Shown piece after piece: positions 40,167-54,170 of a stretch of 64,000 bases of DNA. The stretch covers positions 186,001 through 250,000 of the forward strand of contig CT868130.1 in NCBI GenBank assembly GCA_000165425.1, given 5' to 3'. The position numbers were made by a program, and so were the translations under genes. Position 1 is the stretch's first letter; every line of letters starts with the position of its first letter. The notes under the pieces are model-generated. The model had not been told where the DNA came from and did no database searches. It saw nothing but the letters and a program-made list of their open reading frames with translations. Origin of the DNA: Paramecium tetraurelia (lineage: Eukaryota).

Positions 40167-40784
40167 AATACTATCTATTTTTATATGAAATTGATTCTTC
40201 ATTTTGTAATACATATTAACAAAGTCTTTGACTAATTTCGAATTTTTTGAGATTGTTTATTTAAAATAATATTAAATATTAATAGATATGTTAACGTTGA
40301 GGATGAAGGACTAATAAATCGGAAACTAAATGAAGTATTTCAGTGTGCAAAAACTACTTTCTAGTGATTTTTGAGCAGTATCCTTAGACCTATTGAAATG
40401 TTTTGATGAAGTATTATATAAAATCTTTATTTAATAAGGATACTACCTCATATTATATTTTGTAAAGTTTATGATTCATGGAAGTTTGAATGGAGCAAAA
40501 AATATTCATGTTATGTTTTATGTGAAAAAGTAGAAGGAGCGATATGCTTTGTTAAAGCATAGGATTTTTATTAATTTTTCATAAGGTTTAAAATACTTTA
40601 TATTATGTATTTGAGAGAGATAATCAAAATGATGTGTTTAGCTTGTTTATTATGAGAATTATATGATCAATATTTGATTATGATTTTATTGTAATTCCGT
40701 TTTATTGAGAGTTATTTATATGTTGATATTTAAAAGATGCATGCATACTTATGATTAATATTAATTTATTATCTATTTTGCTCC

Positions 40785-43700
40785 ATGATATTTATTCTTC
40801 TATGGTTATCCTTTTCATCAGTTTATTCTATAGATAAATGTCTTGAATTTAGAACTTAATTGGATTGCGTTTAGAGCTCAGATAGTCAGTGTATATATAA
40901 ATAAAGGAATTAATAGGTGTATGGGATTCTGGGTATTGCCAATACACAAAAAATTTAGAACTTGGCTGTTCTAACTTACTGAATAAAATGGCCTGTATAA
41001 AATAATTAGCTTATCCATCAGGCTAAATAGCTAAATGTAATTGTTTTTATAAAACCTACAGGTATTTTTATGAAAGTGTGTTAACAGGTGTATGATTTAA
41101 CTTAATTGGCATGCACTGATACAATTACTAAACACTCTTGTTTGAGCATTTAGAATATCAATTAACTTTGTTATTGGGATTCAAAGTCTTATACCTGTAA
41201 TGAAATAAAAGAGTAAACATATTAGGAAGATTTTGAGGATGTTCTTTATAGTGCATCTGTGTGTGGAAGGATTAAAAGTAAAAAAAACTCACATATTTAG
41301 ATTACTTAATAATTCACAGTTCTTTGATTTGGCCACTTATTTCTTACACTCCAGATTTTGCATCTGAAGCTTAAGACATTTACAGATAGGATTTAGGTTT
41401 GGAGAAACAGAGCTCAAACAAAGAATATGATGGGGGTTTATTGGCCAACAATAAACTGTATAATAAATGTAACGATGGCAACTAAGCCACCTATTTTTAG
41501 TGGTATCATTTTAATGATGCATAGTCATATGCTCTAAACAATTGTAATAAGTTCCTTTAAATTTTTTAGTAAAAATAAGCGATAGAACGAGGGAGGGATG
41601 CATTGCGTTGTAGATTGCAGATGATAGTGATTATTTGTAGATATTTTCAACAAAGATCGAGACAATCGGAATCAATCATATTTATTGTAGATATCAAGGA
41701 GGGATTTTTACTAATTATAAATGCTTGTATTTAAACAGCGAATTAGATTTGAAAGACAAAAATTTCTTGTTAGCCAATAAGATATATTGTGATCAACTGA
41801 ATTTGAACTAATGTCAATATGTAGAAGCAGAGTGCTATCCGATTATGTTGGATGGAAATAACGAACAAGAAGTAACATGCACATTTTCAGAGCTGAAACT
41901 ACAAGAGGCTTAGGGTTGCTTATCTCAAACATAGTAATATAAGACTTATAGGGATTGTGCTACAGTGACTGATGCAAATTAAGGAAGTTATTTGGATATA
42001 TCCTAAGTTCCCTCCGTTTGTAGTTCAAGCTGTGTAAGTAAAGAGTAGGACAATTGTGATGCCAATCTTTGTAAGTGGATAGATGAACAGCCTGATTTTT
42101 ATGGTTGCATTCCTAAGTTTGGATGCAACCAGCCAGGAGTGAATCGTCATTATTGCATCTATATGGCTTAGCCTTGCTAATGGGATGTGGATTTAAACTA
42201 GTGCAAATTAATCTATGATTACGAGTTAAATATAATAGAATGCAATGATGCCATGTCTAAGTTTTTATGTGGAAGTATTAGGACAATGGGTTAAGAGTGT
42301 ATATGGATTGACGAGGACGAAAAATGCTTAAATGTTATGAGTGTTCCTGCCCTGAAGGTGTTTACAGCTTTCCCTTCTAAATATATTGTAAATCGAAATC
42401 TTTGCATGAATTACAACGGAAAGCATCGATATCAGAATTTTAAATGTCCAATTTACACAACAAGTGGTAGTTGTGCCACAGAAGATCCTAGTGAATTTAC
42501 TAAGCAAATGTGTTTAACTACAACAAATTGTCATTGGGACACATTATATTAACGATGTTCATAGTATCAAGTCAAATCAAGCTGTGAGTAAATGGTGAGT
42601 GTTTCAGCTGATGCATGCAGTTTATTTTCAGATTGCTTATATGATTAAGCAAGCGAGAGTTGTAAGGCTTAGTAGACTAATTAAAATTGTAATACCCCAG
42701 GTTTAGCAAAGGCTAAATGTTTAGCATTAGATGATTATCCATGTTAATGGATAGGAGGAAAATGCAATTAAGTTACTTAATTTAGAGAATTATGTACTTC
42801 ATATAGAAATGTCAGTAAGTTGGTTTGTACTTCTTTGGAAACTCAGTTATGTTAATATTCAAATGGAAACTGTTTTTTAGTTGATGTATAGCCAACCAAT
42901 TGCTCAGACACTTATAATCGTTATGCCTGCCAATATAGCACAGATAAATGCTACTTTTTTAATAACAAATGTCAAAGCTTTACAACTTAATAACTCACAT
43001 GTACAGGATATTATCTGACTCAGAAGGCTTGTCAAGCAATTACAACTCCAGGGTAGGAATGCATTTGGCAATCAGATCAGTGCATTTCAATTAATAAAAG
43101 CGTTAATTGTTTGAGTACATCCACTTTTGTTTTGAATAAATTGGCGTGTATTGGGATTTCAGCAGAGAGGTCTGCTTATTTGGATGATCAGTTTTATTGC
43201 GAATACAATGATACCACGAATGAATGTAAATCTAATGTAACAGATATTGTTAATGATTGCGGAACTAGTTTGAATCTCAATAGACAAAGATGCAGTGCTT
43301 TTACAACTGGAAGGTTTTGTCTTTTCTAGGATTACAAATGCAATGAGATAAATTTGAATCACAAATATTGGGATGATAAATTAGACACTATTAATTGCGA
43401 GTAGGCCAATAAATCCCTATGTAGATTTGTTCGAGGACGAATATGCTAATGGGTTAAGCAAACATGGGCTGGCTATACTGATTAAAGATGTGCCGAAGTT
43501 AAAATCTTTAATATAAGCTGTCTCGATACTCTTTCTTATGTGGAAAAACCATATTTTAAATCCAAATCCTATAATCCTCAATCATGCTCAGCACTCATGC
43601 GTTATAGCGTGATTGAAAGATGTAAGCCTTCAACTGCCCCAGCTGAACTATACACTAAATGCGTAGTTGATGATGACAGCCCAAAAAACTACTACTCTTG

Positions 43701-46700
43701 TGAATAACTTGGAATCAGTCCCTCAATTTGCGTGACTACCACTTATGGCAAATGTGCTTATATCAATAATGTTTGTGTTCAGGCCCCTGAATATTCGTCT
43801 ACTTGTTCCACTCTCAATAAATTAGGCTGCCTTAATTCCAGATCTTATTGCTCCTTGTTATCTGGATACACATTGAATTTCGATATGGGAAGTATCACGT
43901 CGGATGAATATGTTACCCAAGTGTGTGATCTACAACAATCCAATTAATCGTGTGATTAGTTCAAATATGACATGTAATCATGGACACTCTGTAGTGGAAT
44001 ATAGAAATGTTATGGTAGATATTAGTCTTGCATTTTGCTATTAAATGCAGAGACTCCAATCACTAAATGCGATTCTCCAGGTGTTAGTTAATATGTGTGT
44101 TTGCATTCTGATATGATATGCTAATTCAGGAATAGTCGTTGTTAGAGTATATCAACAAATAGATGTGAATTCGAAACCACTCTGGAGGATTGTGTTCAGA
44201 ATTTGTATTACAATTGCGTGTATTCAAATAAATAGTGTTACACTCAAAATTTAATAACCAAATGTGACAAGTATAGCTACACTAATAAGAAATTCTGTAG
44301 ACAATATCCAAATTGCAGATACGACTCATCAACTTTCAAATGTATTGACCTAGCAATGTTGATGGATGTTTAAAATAATTTAGTAACCTATGCTGTTAAT
44401 TGTTCAACTTATAAAAATCAATTTGATTGTTTGAATTAATGGTAAGTTCAATGTTAATATTCGAGCAGCCTTTGTTCTGCTCCCTCCACTACACCTTCAT
44501 CTTGTCCTCATTTACAATAATATAGTAAAATATTGTGTTAAAGATTTGAAAATTGTGATTTCAAATTTGGGTATTATTGCTTCGACAAGACCTAAACCTT
44601 AGATTGCACAAAATTGTCAGAGACTCTCTGCGTCTAAGATATAGATTAAAGTCTTTAATGTTATTGGGATGGAACCACATGCCAGATAATCAATACCTAA
44701 ATATGCAGTGATATCTAAAATAAAAAAATAAATTACTTTGGTTGTTAAAAAGTGAGTTCTAATGATGGTTCTAAATGTTTTTATTCAGAAGAATAAATGT
44801 TTTGTAAATTGGTAACTGAAGTGAATTAATGTTCTGATTTCACTACAAATATTGGATGTGCATTAAGAGCATAAACACCATGTATTGTAGCCAGTCCAAG
44901 CACAGATAGTTCAAGTTGCTCGACTGCTGCATTAACATTCAATTCAAAATTGAATCAATTTGGATGTACTCAATTAGTAGGGAACGTTTATAGATATGAC
45001 ATGTATGAATATGAATGTAAATTATTAATTGCCACAGAAATGAGTGGATGTGAAAATTTGAATTTTAATGCTTGTATCAAGAGTACAAGTATTTATTTGA
45101 CTTTGATGTGTGCATGGATAAACCAAAGATGTTAGTAAATCAATGATTTTACAAATGTAAATGATTGCACAAAATTAAATAAATACGCTTGTATGAAAGT
45201 TGAAAAGAATGACTTAATATGCAAATGGGATGACACAAACTTTTGTCTTGCTTCTACTGAGAGTTCCACTTGTGCATCAATTTCTCCTACAACACCAATA
45301 ACAAGCGATGACTTTCCACCAACACCGTATGTTAAAGCATCAGCTCCTTACAACTCTCTTAGTTTGTGCAGCAAGGGAGAAAGTACGAAGGCATGTATGG
45401 CAAAAGTAGGACAATAAGGTTGCGTTGAATTCAATTACACAGTGGAGATTTGTTCAGGATTAGGTTTGAATAAGAAAGCCTGTATAGAATAGACAACAGG
45501 ATATTGTATTTGGTTGAATAATCAATGTCAAAATGCATAATTGGATAATTAGAGTTGCACAGCTTAAGTGAATAAGAAAACATGTTTAGCTATGAATGAT
45601 GAAATGTGTCAATGGAATGTCAGCACTAACACATGTTCAAATATCACATTGGTTGAATGTTCAGATGCAACAACTTATCTTTAATGTATGAATGTACCCA
45701 ATAAGGAATGCTACTATATCAATACATGTCAAGAGTTGAACATTCTCCCTTTGGTTTGTAAGAAGGGATTCAATAAAGTGGCATGCAGGAAAGTTTAAAA
45801 TCAAGTTTGTTAGTTTTCAAATAATGAATGTTCTCTTATTGGAGAGTTCGATTACTGGTAGGTCTGTCCATTATATAAGACTTTAGCTACTTGTCCGACA
45901 TCAACCTGTCAATGGTAAAATTCACAATGCATTATAAAAACTGAATGTTTGCATGCATAGTAGTCATTGACAACTCCTCTTGATGAAATTCCACATATGT
46001 TGGATATATGTACAAGCATTAAGTTATCTGCTTGTATTTAAATTTACAATAAGATTGGTTGCATGAAAAGTAGTCTATATTGTAAATGGGATGATGTTAC
46101 TGGATGCTCTTCCTTTGTTACATATCTGAACACAATTACTTGCGATGATTCCATCAAATATAATAAAAAGGTTTGTGATAAATATGCTCCAAAGTTCTGC
46201 GAGTTCAAAGATGATTCCTGCTCACCCAAAATTACTGATTACTATTTTACTAATATTCCCTCTTAAACCTTAGCAAGTACTGAAATTAATCAAGATATTG
46301 AAACTGAATAGTGTGATTTTTACACCACCAGAGAATCTTGTCTTTTATCTACCAAATTTGCATGTAAATGGACTGGATTTTGTGAATCCTTAAGCAATAA
46401 TGAAATCAATATAACATATTCTGAACTCAATTTGAAAGCATGTATCAAATTCAAATAACAATGGAGATAAAGACAATGTATAGAAACTAGCTTTTTATTC
46501 ATGCCAAATGAAGTCATAGATCGAAACATCCAAGTTTGTGAAACTCCATTTATTTCTAAGTCTACTTGTTTGAATATCAGTGCTTAACCTTGTACATTTA
46601 ATACCGCATATAATAAATGTGAAAAAACTACCTAACTATCCAATAATTGCTCCTCCTATGTGAACGTCAATCAAAAGACGTGTTAATTGCTGAAAAACTA

Positions 46701-48282
46701 TGATTGCCGATATAATGAACTGACATTTACATGTGTAAGTGTAAATTAGAATCAATTACCTTCTAATTTAGATGGAGTGTCACTTAAAGCCTGCATCTCC
46801 TTATCTATTCCAGTATATTGGAATGATGGATGCAAATAAGCAACCAAATTTTAATGTGATTCTGTTTATAAAAGTTCCCCTTCAGCTTGTACATTAGCAT
46901 TAGGTCCTTGCATTTATGATCCATCTACATCCTAATGTGTGTCCACCTATAATATAAATTCAATATAGTGTGACACTCCAGGAATCAGCCAAGAACTCTG
47001 CACTTCAATCCTCAGATAACCTTGTATTTTTAAGTCAAATCAATGCTAAATAATCCCAAACACATATTCATGTAGTCAAGCCAAACTTGTTAATCAAATG
47101 GCATGTGCATCTCTAAATTAATCCTGTGTCTACGATTCCTTAAATTAATCCTGCAAGGCTGTTATTTAAGCTTTGAAATGCTCCTCCCCAGGATTATCTA
47201 AGAATGCTTGTCTTCTAAACCCATCCTGTGCTTTCAATTATGACTACACTTAATGCTAATGTTAATACATTTTATCACCATAAATTTGTCACAATCTTTC
47301 AAGTACTGATTGCTCAGCAAATTCCTCATGTTTCTATGATACACTCCTTCAAATATGCAGACGTAAATATTGTGAAGATCTAGCACCAAAATAATGTGTA
47401 GGATCATTGGAAGGCAAACAATGTTACCTCAACAATAGAAATAATTGTTAATCTGCAGGGAAATGTGAAGATATCATCCATATTGATAATTCCTATTGTG
47501 AAGATATTTTCTTTGATGGATTCCCTTGTTTAGGTTCCAATAAGAGATGTTTCAGCTAAAATAACTTTTAGGATTACTGTCCCAATTCTGACTGTTCTAA
47601 TAATAGTTGTAAATATAATCAATAAAATGTCTGTCAAGCTTTGACTTGCTTTTAGCTTGAAGATTGCTCAAAATTAGGTAATCATTGTCTCCAACTATCG
47701 GATGGTTAGTGCATTGAAAACAATAGTTGTCAAAGCCTGGAATCAGATATGTGCAATGGTGCTACTGTTCGGACTTAAGCATCATGTTTGTTGCAGAAAT
47801 ATAATCTCTATTTAGAGGATGTCATGTGTACCTCGTAAGTATGTGAATTATACGGTATTTCTGACTTATGCAATGGAAATGAATATAATGGATACACATG
47901 TTTATTGGTAGATTAAAAATGCATCCCTTGCGATTAGATCCTTGATGTTTGCACTTGCATGGAAGCTACAGGAATATGCTTATGGAAAAACAATAAATGC
48001 CATTCTGTTTAATGTAGTGAACTGTTAAATGCAGCCTCGTGCAATTCCTTATAACGATGTTCTTGGAGCAATCTCAATAATGCATGCATGATCCATTGCA
48101 ATAAAGTCATCAACTCAGATGATTGTGATTCCAGAACTGGAGAATGCTATTTTGATTATGCAACCAATTTCTGTTTTGCCGGAATTTACAAGACACCCAA
48201 TCTATCTATTCAGATAGACATTTCATCGATCTATGCAATATATCTGACATTGTCCATCATTACATATACCTTGATTTTATGA
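40785..48282 (+). CDS. giant cysteine-rich surface protein (surface-antigen-like, ~2,400 aa) with signal peptide and C-terminal hydrophobic anchor
   Basis: Starts MIFILLWLSFSSVYS. Dozens of LNKxAC..C.W/Y...C periods. Four 5' introns (~40890, 41037, 41278, 41545), then one ~6.7 kb exon. Ends SIYAIYLTLSIITYTLIL-TGA. Confidence 0.85.
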
Positions 48283-48837
48283 TATATTGACAAATTAAAT
48301 ATTATACCTATTTAATCTACATTATACTATATCAAAATAATTATATAGATATATAGTTTCATTATGATATCATTAAAGAAGATTAGGTAATTTGAAAGTA
48401 TTTTCGATTTGGATTACTCAATATTTCTTATTCTCTTTTTCTTCAATAATCGGAAGTACTGGAATAAGAAATCAGTAAACTAATGTTGTTTAATCTTCAA
48501 GATATTTTTCTATGTTCTATCATCTTATTTAAAAAAATTGAGGAAGATGGAATTTAAACTGATAAGTATTTCTATTTAAATTTATAAATTTATAAATTTT
48601 ATGAAATATAAATATTTTTGGATGACCTTGACCTCTCTAAAGTAAAACTAATATTTTTAATTTAAGATGATATTTATACATTTCTATCAAATTTTAGGTA
48701 TTATTTAAACTAATGAATGAGAATAGCTAAATATTAGTTTATTTATAAATAAGAATTAAACAGTTAAAATTATTTTCTTTTATTAAAATGCATTAGTTTA
48801 TAGTGAGGACAACCAGATAATTATTAATATTTTAAGG

Positions 48838-50671
48838 ATGAACAAGAGAATAGTGTATCAAGGTGAAAAAGCAACAGTTAAATATGAAGGACCATTAATG
48901 CATGAAAATAAGGGCGATGAAATATGGTTGGGTGTAGAATGGGATTAAATTGATAGAGGGAAACATAATGGCACTGTTTAGGGGTATACTTATTTCAAAA
49001 CCACTGATGGAGCCAATTCTGGCAGTTTATTAAAGAAAGAGAAGGTGAAATTCGGCAATAGATTATGGGAAGCATTGTTTCTGAAATATTTCAAGGAAAT
49101 CCCTCCCATTCTATTGCAGGAAATGCAAGTTTAAGAATAAGTTAAAGATGAATTCCTTTAAGAGCATTAAGATTAAGGAAACAATAAAGACTAGAAAAGC
49201 TAAATGATCACCCTTATCAATTAAAAATAAGTGAAAATTGAATTTGATGACACTGCTTTTTTTGAAACAATGAAAATGAAAAAGAAAATGGTTGAATTTT
49301 ATGGATTCGATGAAGTTTATAAGAAACTAAATAATTTAGAGACTTTGTCAGAGCTATCTTTAGAGTCTTAAAATGTTTCAACAATTGGACCATTTGGTTT
49401 TGTTGGAAGTATATTTAGTAATATCAAAATTTTGGGTTTAGAGGATAACTTGTTCCATTCTTGGCATCAAATATTTGTTTTAGTAGCTCAATTGCCAACC
49501 TTAAGAGAGTTGTCTATTTCAAGTAATAAATTATCAAAACTTGAAACTTTTGGATAACAATAAATTCTAAATTAAATATTCACTTAAACTCCAGATTATT
49601 TGATTTATGATTACGAGTAAGGAAAACACTTAGAAATTCCTGTAGATGGCTGTGGTAAACATATAGAAATTTTGGTTTTGATTGATATGTAATTGAATTG
49701 GAAGGATATTTCCTTGATTATCCCTGCGTTTCCAAAGGTTTAATAGTTATTGTTGTGTAAAAATACTTTAGTTGATTATGAGAATTTGTAATTTAGGAAT
49801 ACAGATTTATAAGACTTAAAGATATTAAATTTGGAACAAACTGGATTATAAGATTTTGATTATGTTTAAAAGTCATTTGGAAATCTACCAAATTTAGAGA
49901 GACTTATTTTAAATAAAAATAATTTAATAGACTTACCTTTGGTTACTGAATTTAAAGCACTTAAACATTTAGCTTTAGATCACAATCACTTTGCTATGCC
50001 ATAATTTTTGAATAAAATTGGAAAACTATAATTAAATTCTCTTTCAATAAAACACAATCCATTAGTTGATAAATTTGGAAAGTTGTATCTGAGACAAAGA
50101 GCAATTGCAGAAGTAACTAGTGTTTAAATCATTAATGGCAGCGAAATCACTAAATTCGAAAGGAAGGATTCTGAGATATTCTACTTGAAATCTTCCTTTG
50201 AAGAATACTTCTTATTGAAGAATGTCAAACATTATTATTATGATTATGATGATTTTATCAATTATGCTCAGATAAATCATCCAAAAGCTATAGAACTAAT
50301 AAAGAAATTTGGAAATCCTTACGAAATTGATCCCACTGTTAAAGGAGGGTATACTTAAACCAAATAACAACTCTAATAACCTTAATATTGTACAATCAAA
50401 ATTATTGATCATGTTGGAAAATTATAGGATAAACCTACTTCAAAAAAATTGATGGGAGGCACAGGCTTACAACCTGTGAAACTGATGATCTCAAAATTAG
50501 TGAACATACCAATAAAGTAGATAGCTTTATCGATATAGGTATAATTTCATAACTAAACTTTAGGTAACTGATGATGCTGAAATTGTCAATATGGAAGGAA
50601 AGGACATGACTTTGAATGATTTTGGAGTTCAAGACAATAGTCTTATTCATGTAAATGTACTGCCAGAATGA
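48838..50671 (+). CDS. TBCE: tubulin-folding cofactor E (CAP-Gly, LRR, ubiquitin-like), 602 aa
   Basis: WLGVEWDQIDRGKHNGTVQG, LRRs (LRELSISSNKL, LERLILNKNNL), INGSEITKFERKDSEIFYLK and a UBL ending TLNDFGVQDNSLIHV. Intron at 50539-50563. Confidence 0.92.
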
Positions 50672-50701
50672 TTATATTATATAATAATAAATTTATTTTT
50701 T

Positions 50702-50980
50702 ATGAAAGCATTGAAACCTTGGAAACAGCCAAATAAAGCTGATATCATATTAGAATAACACATAATGATGAGGAGGTTACTTAGTTTGGAAAATAAAATA
50801 TTTGTTAACTTGAATTAGCAAATGAAAGATTTCAAAGTACATCAAGAAATCATTGAAAATCGAAAAAAGTGGTTTCTCTAATAATACAATTTTTCTCATA
50901 GATAGAACAAAAGTAAGATATACTAGGCAGCAACTGATAAAATTAGCAAATCAAAATCAAGTAAATTAATGCATTAATGA
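50702..50980 (+). CDS. small basic hypothetical protein, 92 aa
   Basis: MKALKPWKQPNKADIILEQHIMMRRLLSLENK...KLMHQ-TGA. It fills the gap between its neighbours exactly. Confidence 0.55.
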
Positions 50981-51027
50981 AATTTAATTATTCACATTAT
51001 TGTATTATTTATAATTATTATTATTAT

Positions 51028-52114
51028 ATGGAATTTCAAAAAGTAGTAACCCTCATCATAAAATCAGAAGATTAATTTATATATTAATCGGAAGCTTTGG
51101 ATCTCTATTCAATTAAGTATTCACCAAGTTTTGATACTAATGACTTTTTTGCAGCTGCTCGCCTTCTCTTTTAAATCTCATAATAATAAATTCATTAAGA
51201 TCTAACCATAGAACTTTATGCAGATCTTCTACTTACTAAGGAGTTCAAAGAAATTTTGGGTATAATAAATCAAGGAGTAATATTAAAATCAACCACATAA
51301 GAAAAGGTGATCTAAATAAATTATAATGCTACATTTGGATTTAAATCAGATACCCTTCCTGATATTCTTAAATAATACATTCCTAAAGAAAATAAAAAAC
51401 GTTATGCACTATTGATAACGGAACCATTTTATTATACCAAATTTGTGAACATAATGGAAGCAATGCATTTGGGGATTTATAAAGAAGAAGACGAAAATTG
51501 GGAAGTATATTTGGTATGATTAGTACTTATATTTCAAGGTAATGGAACATAAGTTTCCAAACTTACAAGGTTTGGATGGTATAGTAATTACAGGATCAAG
51601 CAGTGCAGCCTATGATTTGAGTGAAGATTGGAAATAACCATTATTTGAATTTTTAAGAGAAGCTGATAAACTTAAAATAAGAATATTAGGAATATGTTTT
51701 GGGCATTAAGTCTTGGCTCATTGTTTGGGTGGAGAAGCCTAAAAGATGCCCCATGTAGATAGAATGTAGGTAGGTAGGAAGGCTATATCTACTTAATTTA
51801 AATGGAAAGATTAGGTAATAGAAAATCTGAATGTGTATTAAATTCATGGAGACTATGTCGCAAAATTGCCCAAGGATACAGAAGTTATCATGAGCACAGA
51901 TCACTGTCAAAATTATGCATATAAAAATGATCATATTTTGAGTGTGCAATTTCATCCTGAATTCAATGCTTTAATTTTATTGTACATTTTTAGGAATTCT
52001 TAAAACCCGTTGAGGGAGGTCTATGCCAAAGATTGTTATGAGAGTTTTAAACAGGGATATGATCATTAATACATCATTTGGGAGTTTATGACTAATTTCT
52101 TAAAAAACAAATGA
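51028..52114 (+). CDS. class I glutamine amidotransferase-like hydrolase with an N-terminal extension, 353 aa
   Basis: LDGIVITGSSSAAY, RILGICFGHQVLA (nucleophile Cys), IHGDYV and SVQFHPEF (His-Glu). Intron at 51514-51538. Confidence 0.9.
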
Positions 52115-52175
52115 TTGAATATTCATTGAATAATTGTAATTTTGTTATTTAAATATGGTTGGAATAAGAATAAAA

Positions 52176-52632
52176 TCATTATTGTTTCTATTGTTTATGA
52201 TAGACTCCACTAGTTATCGATTTAAATATCTTTAAGCGATGCCTACAATATTCTAAACTTATAGATACTTTTTTTTAATTGAGCCCACTTCTATGTTCTC
52301 AACTGAAGTCCAATACTTTAGTTGAGGCATTTAATATTTGGTCAATGTATGTGAAAATTAACATCTCTGACCATATTTACAGCAAATTTCTTAGAAGTTC
52401 TTGCATTCTTTAGTTCTGTAATTTTTGGGAACATCTTTTGACAACAATTATTCATCACCGTGTGCAAAGTAACACTAAGAATCTCATATTATTTTCTTAC
52501 TTTATTTTCGTATGGACATATTTTCCCCTCAATCCAAAATTTACAGAATTCTGTCTTCAATTTTACATTCAAAGTTCCATAATCATCTTAGGTTGATGTA
52601 GAAGACAGATAGTCTTCACAATCTGCATACAT
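52176..52632 (-). CDS. tristetraprolin (TTP/ZFP36)-like tandem CCCH zinc-finger protein
   Basis: KLKTEFCKFWIEGKICPYENKCYFAHG and YRTKECKNFQEICCKYGQRCQFSH. C-terminal HRLKIFKSIT. Two introns. Confidence 0.88.
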
Positions 52633-52768
52633 TCGATAAGTTTGAGTTTTATTAAATATATTTATATATAATAATTCACAATCAACTCATATGATTCAAA
52701 AATATGTCATGTGACTTATTAATTAATAAACCAGTTATTCATTATAAATTTTAAATTCATATTTATAG

Positions 52769-53963
52769 TCAAATTAGATTCAAATATTCTCCTGATTGAG
52801 TCCATTTGGCCATTATTTACAACTATAAAATAGTAACAGTAATTAATTACCCTTCGAACTCGAGTAAGGAGAAGTTGAGCACGTTCATTTTCTTCCAGAA
52901 CACTCTTTAAATCTGTTATAGCTGTACTCCAAGGATATGCTCCATTGGTCAAAAGCAGATGTGCAACATCTAGATGGTTTTCTTAAATCGACAGCATCAA
53001 TGGAGTTCGATATAGGATATCAACTCCATCAATATCAGAATGATACTTAAGTAAAATCTCTACGATTTCAAGATAACCCTTTTTGCAAGCCCAATGTAGA
53101 GCGGTCATGTTGTAAAAATCATATTCAAATACCAAATAAGGGTTGATTTAAAGGTAGTTTTTGATATCTTCTTTTTTGTTCTGTTTGGCGGCATGAATGA
53201 ACTCCTTTGAATTCATCTTTTCATAAGGTTTTTTTGAAAATATTTTATGTTCCATAACATACTTAATGGTAAGACCTAAAGCCTTGATTTTCTTAAGTGC
53301 TCTCAACAGAAATTATCTCAATTGTTTTTTTGTTCTTGGAGGATATGGCAATACGCTTTTTGGAATTTCAGGTTTTATGTAGGGTTGAGGTTAAACTACT
53401 TTTTAAGGCTGAATCTATTTCTTGCAAATGCTTGTTGTGTCTACATGCAGAGGGGAATGATTAAGTTTTGTAATTATGTTATATAGTTCTTCATTTGAAT
53501 GGTCGCTTTATTTTAATCTAATAAACTTATGCACACTCCTGCATTGAGACGATGATTTCTTGCTTGGCTCAGTAATAACCCTTGTTGACGGTAATTACAA
53601 TGGCCTTCTTTTGACTGGAAATAATTGTCGTCCCGTTGGAGTATTTTTAGGAATTGGTATTTATATTGAAGGTCTTTGTACTTTCAAGTCTAATGTGCTT
53701 TGCAGGGTTTCACCAAAATCAACTATTTATTTCAAAGAATGGCTATGCAAGAATTCCTTTATCCTATCGTTGGGAGCAGACAATTTATTTTTTTTTAGTA
53801 AGGTGATCATTTTGTTTGGAGGTAACATAAAGAATCTAAATTCCTCCTTCTTGGTTTCATTTTATAGTCTTTTTGGGTACCATGGTCTATCAGTCTTAAT
53901 TTCCTTTGGAGTTAGTTTACATTACTATTTAATGAGTCTCCTATAATAATCTTCAACAAACAT
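52769..53963 (-). CDS. ankyrin-repeat protein with a low-complexity N-terminus
   Basis: DFYNMTALHWACKKGYLEIVEILLKYHSD and DILYRTPLMLSIQENHLDVAHLLLTNGA. Intron at ~52823-52850. Confidence 0.85.
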
Positions 53964-54130
53964 TATTTTTAATTAAATCAATCTGAGTCAATATTAAGAA
54001 CATTTATTACACACAAATAACATAAATATACCATATTTAAATTATATCAATAGGACTACATTGATTATACAATTGATTTCCTCTAAATTTCTAAGTATTT
54101 CCTCTAATTTTTCAGGTATTTGAGCATCAT

Positions 54131-54170
54131 TTTAGATTATTTTAGATTATTTTAGATTATTTTCAGAAAT
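54131..54170. repeat. 10-bp tandem repeat (TTTAGATTAT) x3 plus one degenerate copy
   Basis: Read directly: tttagattat tttagattat tttagattat tttcagaaat. Confidence 0.9.

Noticed and set aside
40290..40700. Possible kinase pseudogene (DVFSL-like fragment)
   Set aside because: A single short motif in degraded sequence, with no other kinase subdomains recoverable.
54131..54170. Tandem repeat considered as a CRISPR-like or telomeric array
   Set aside because: No spacers, only three copies, and not the C4A2/C3A3 telomeric motif. It is simple slippage.
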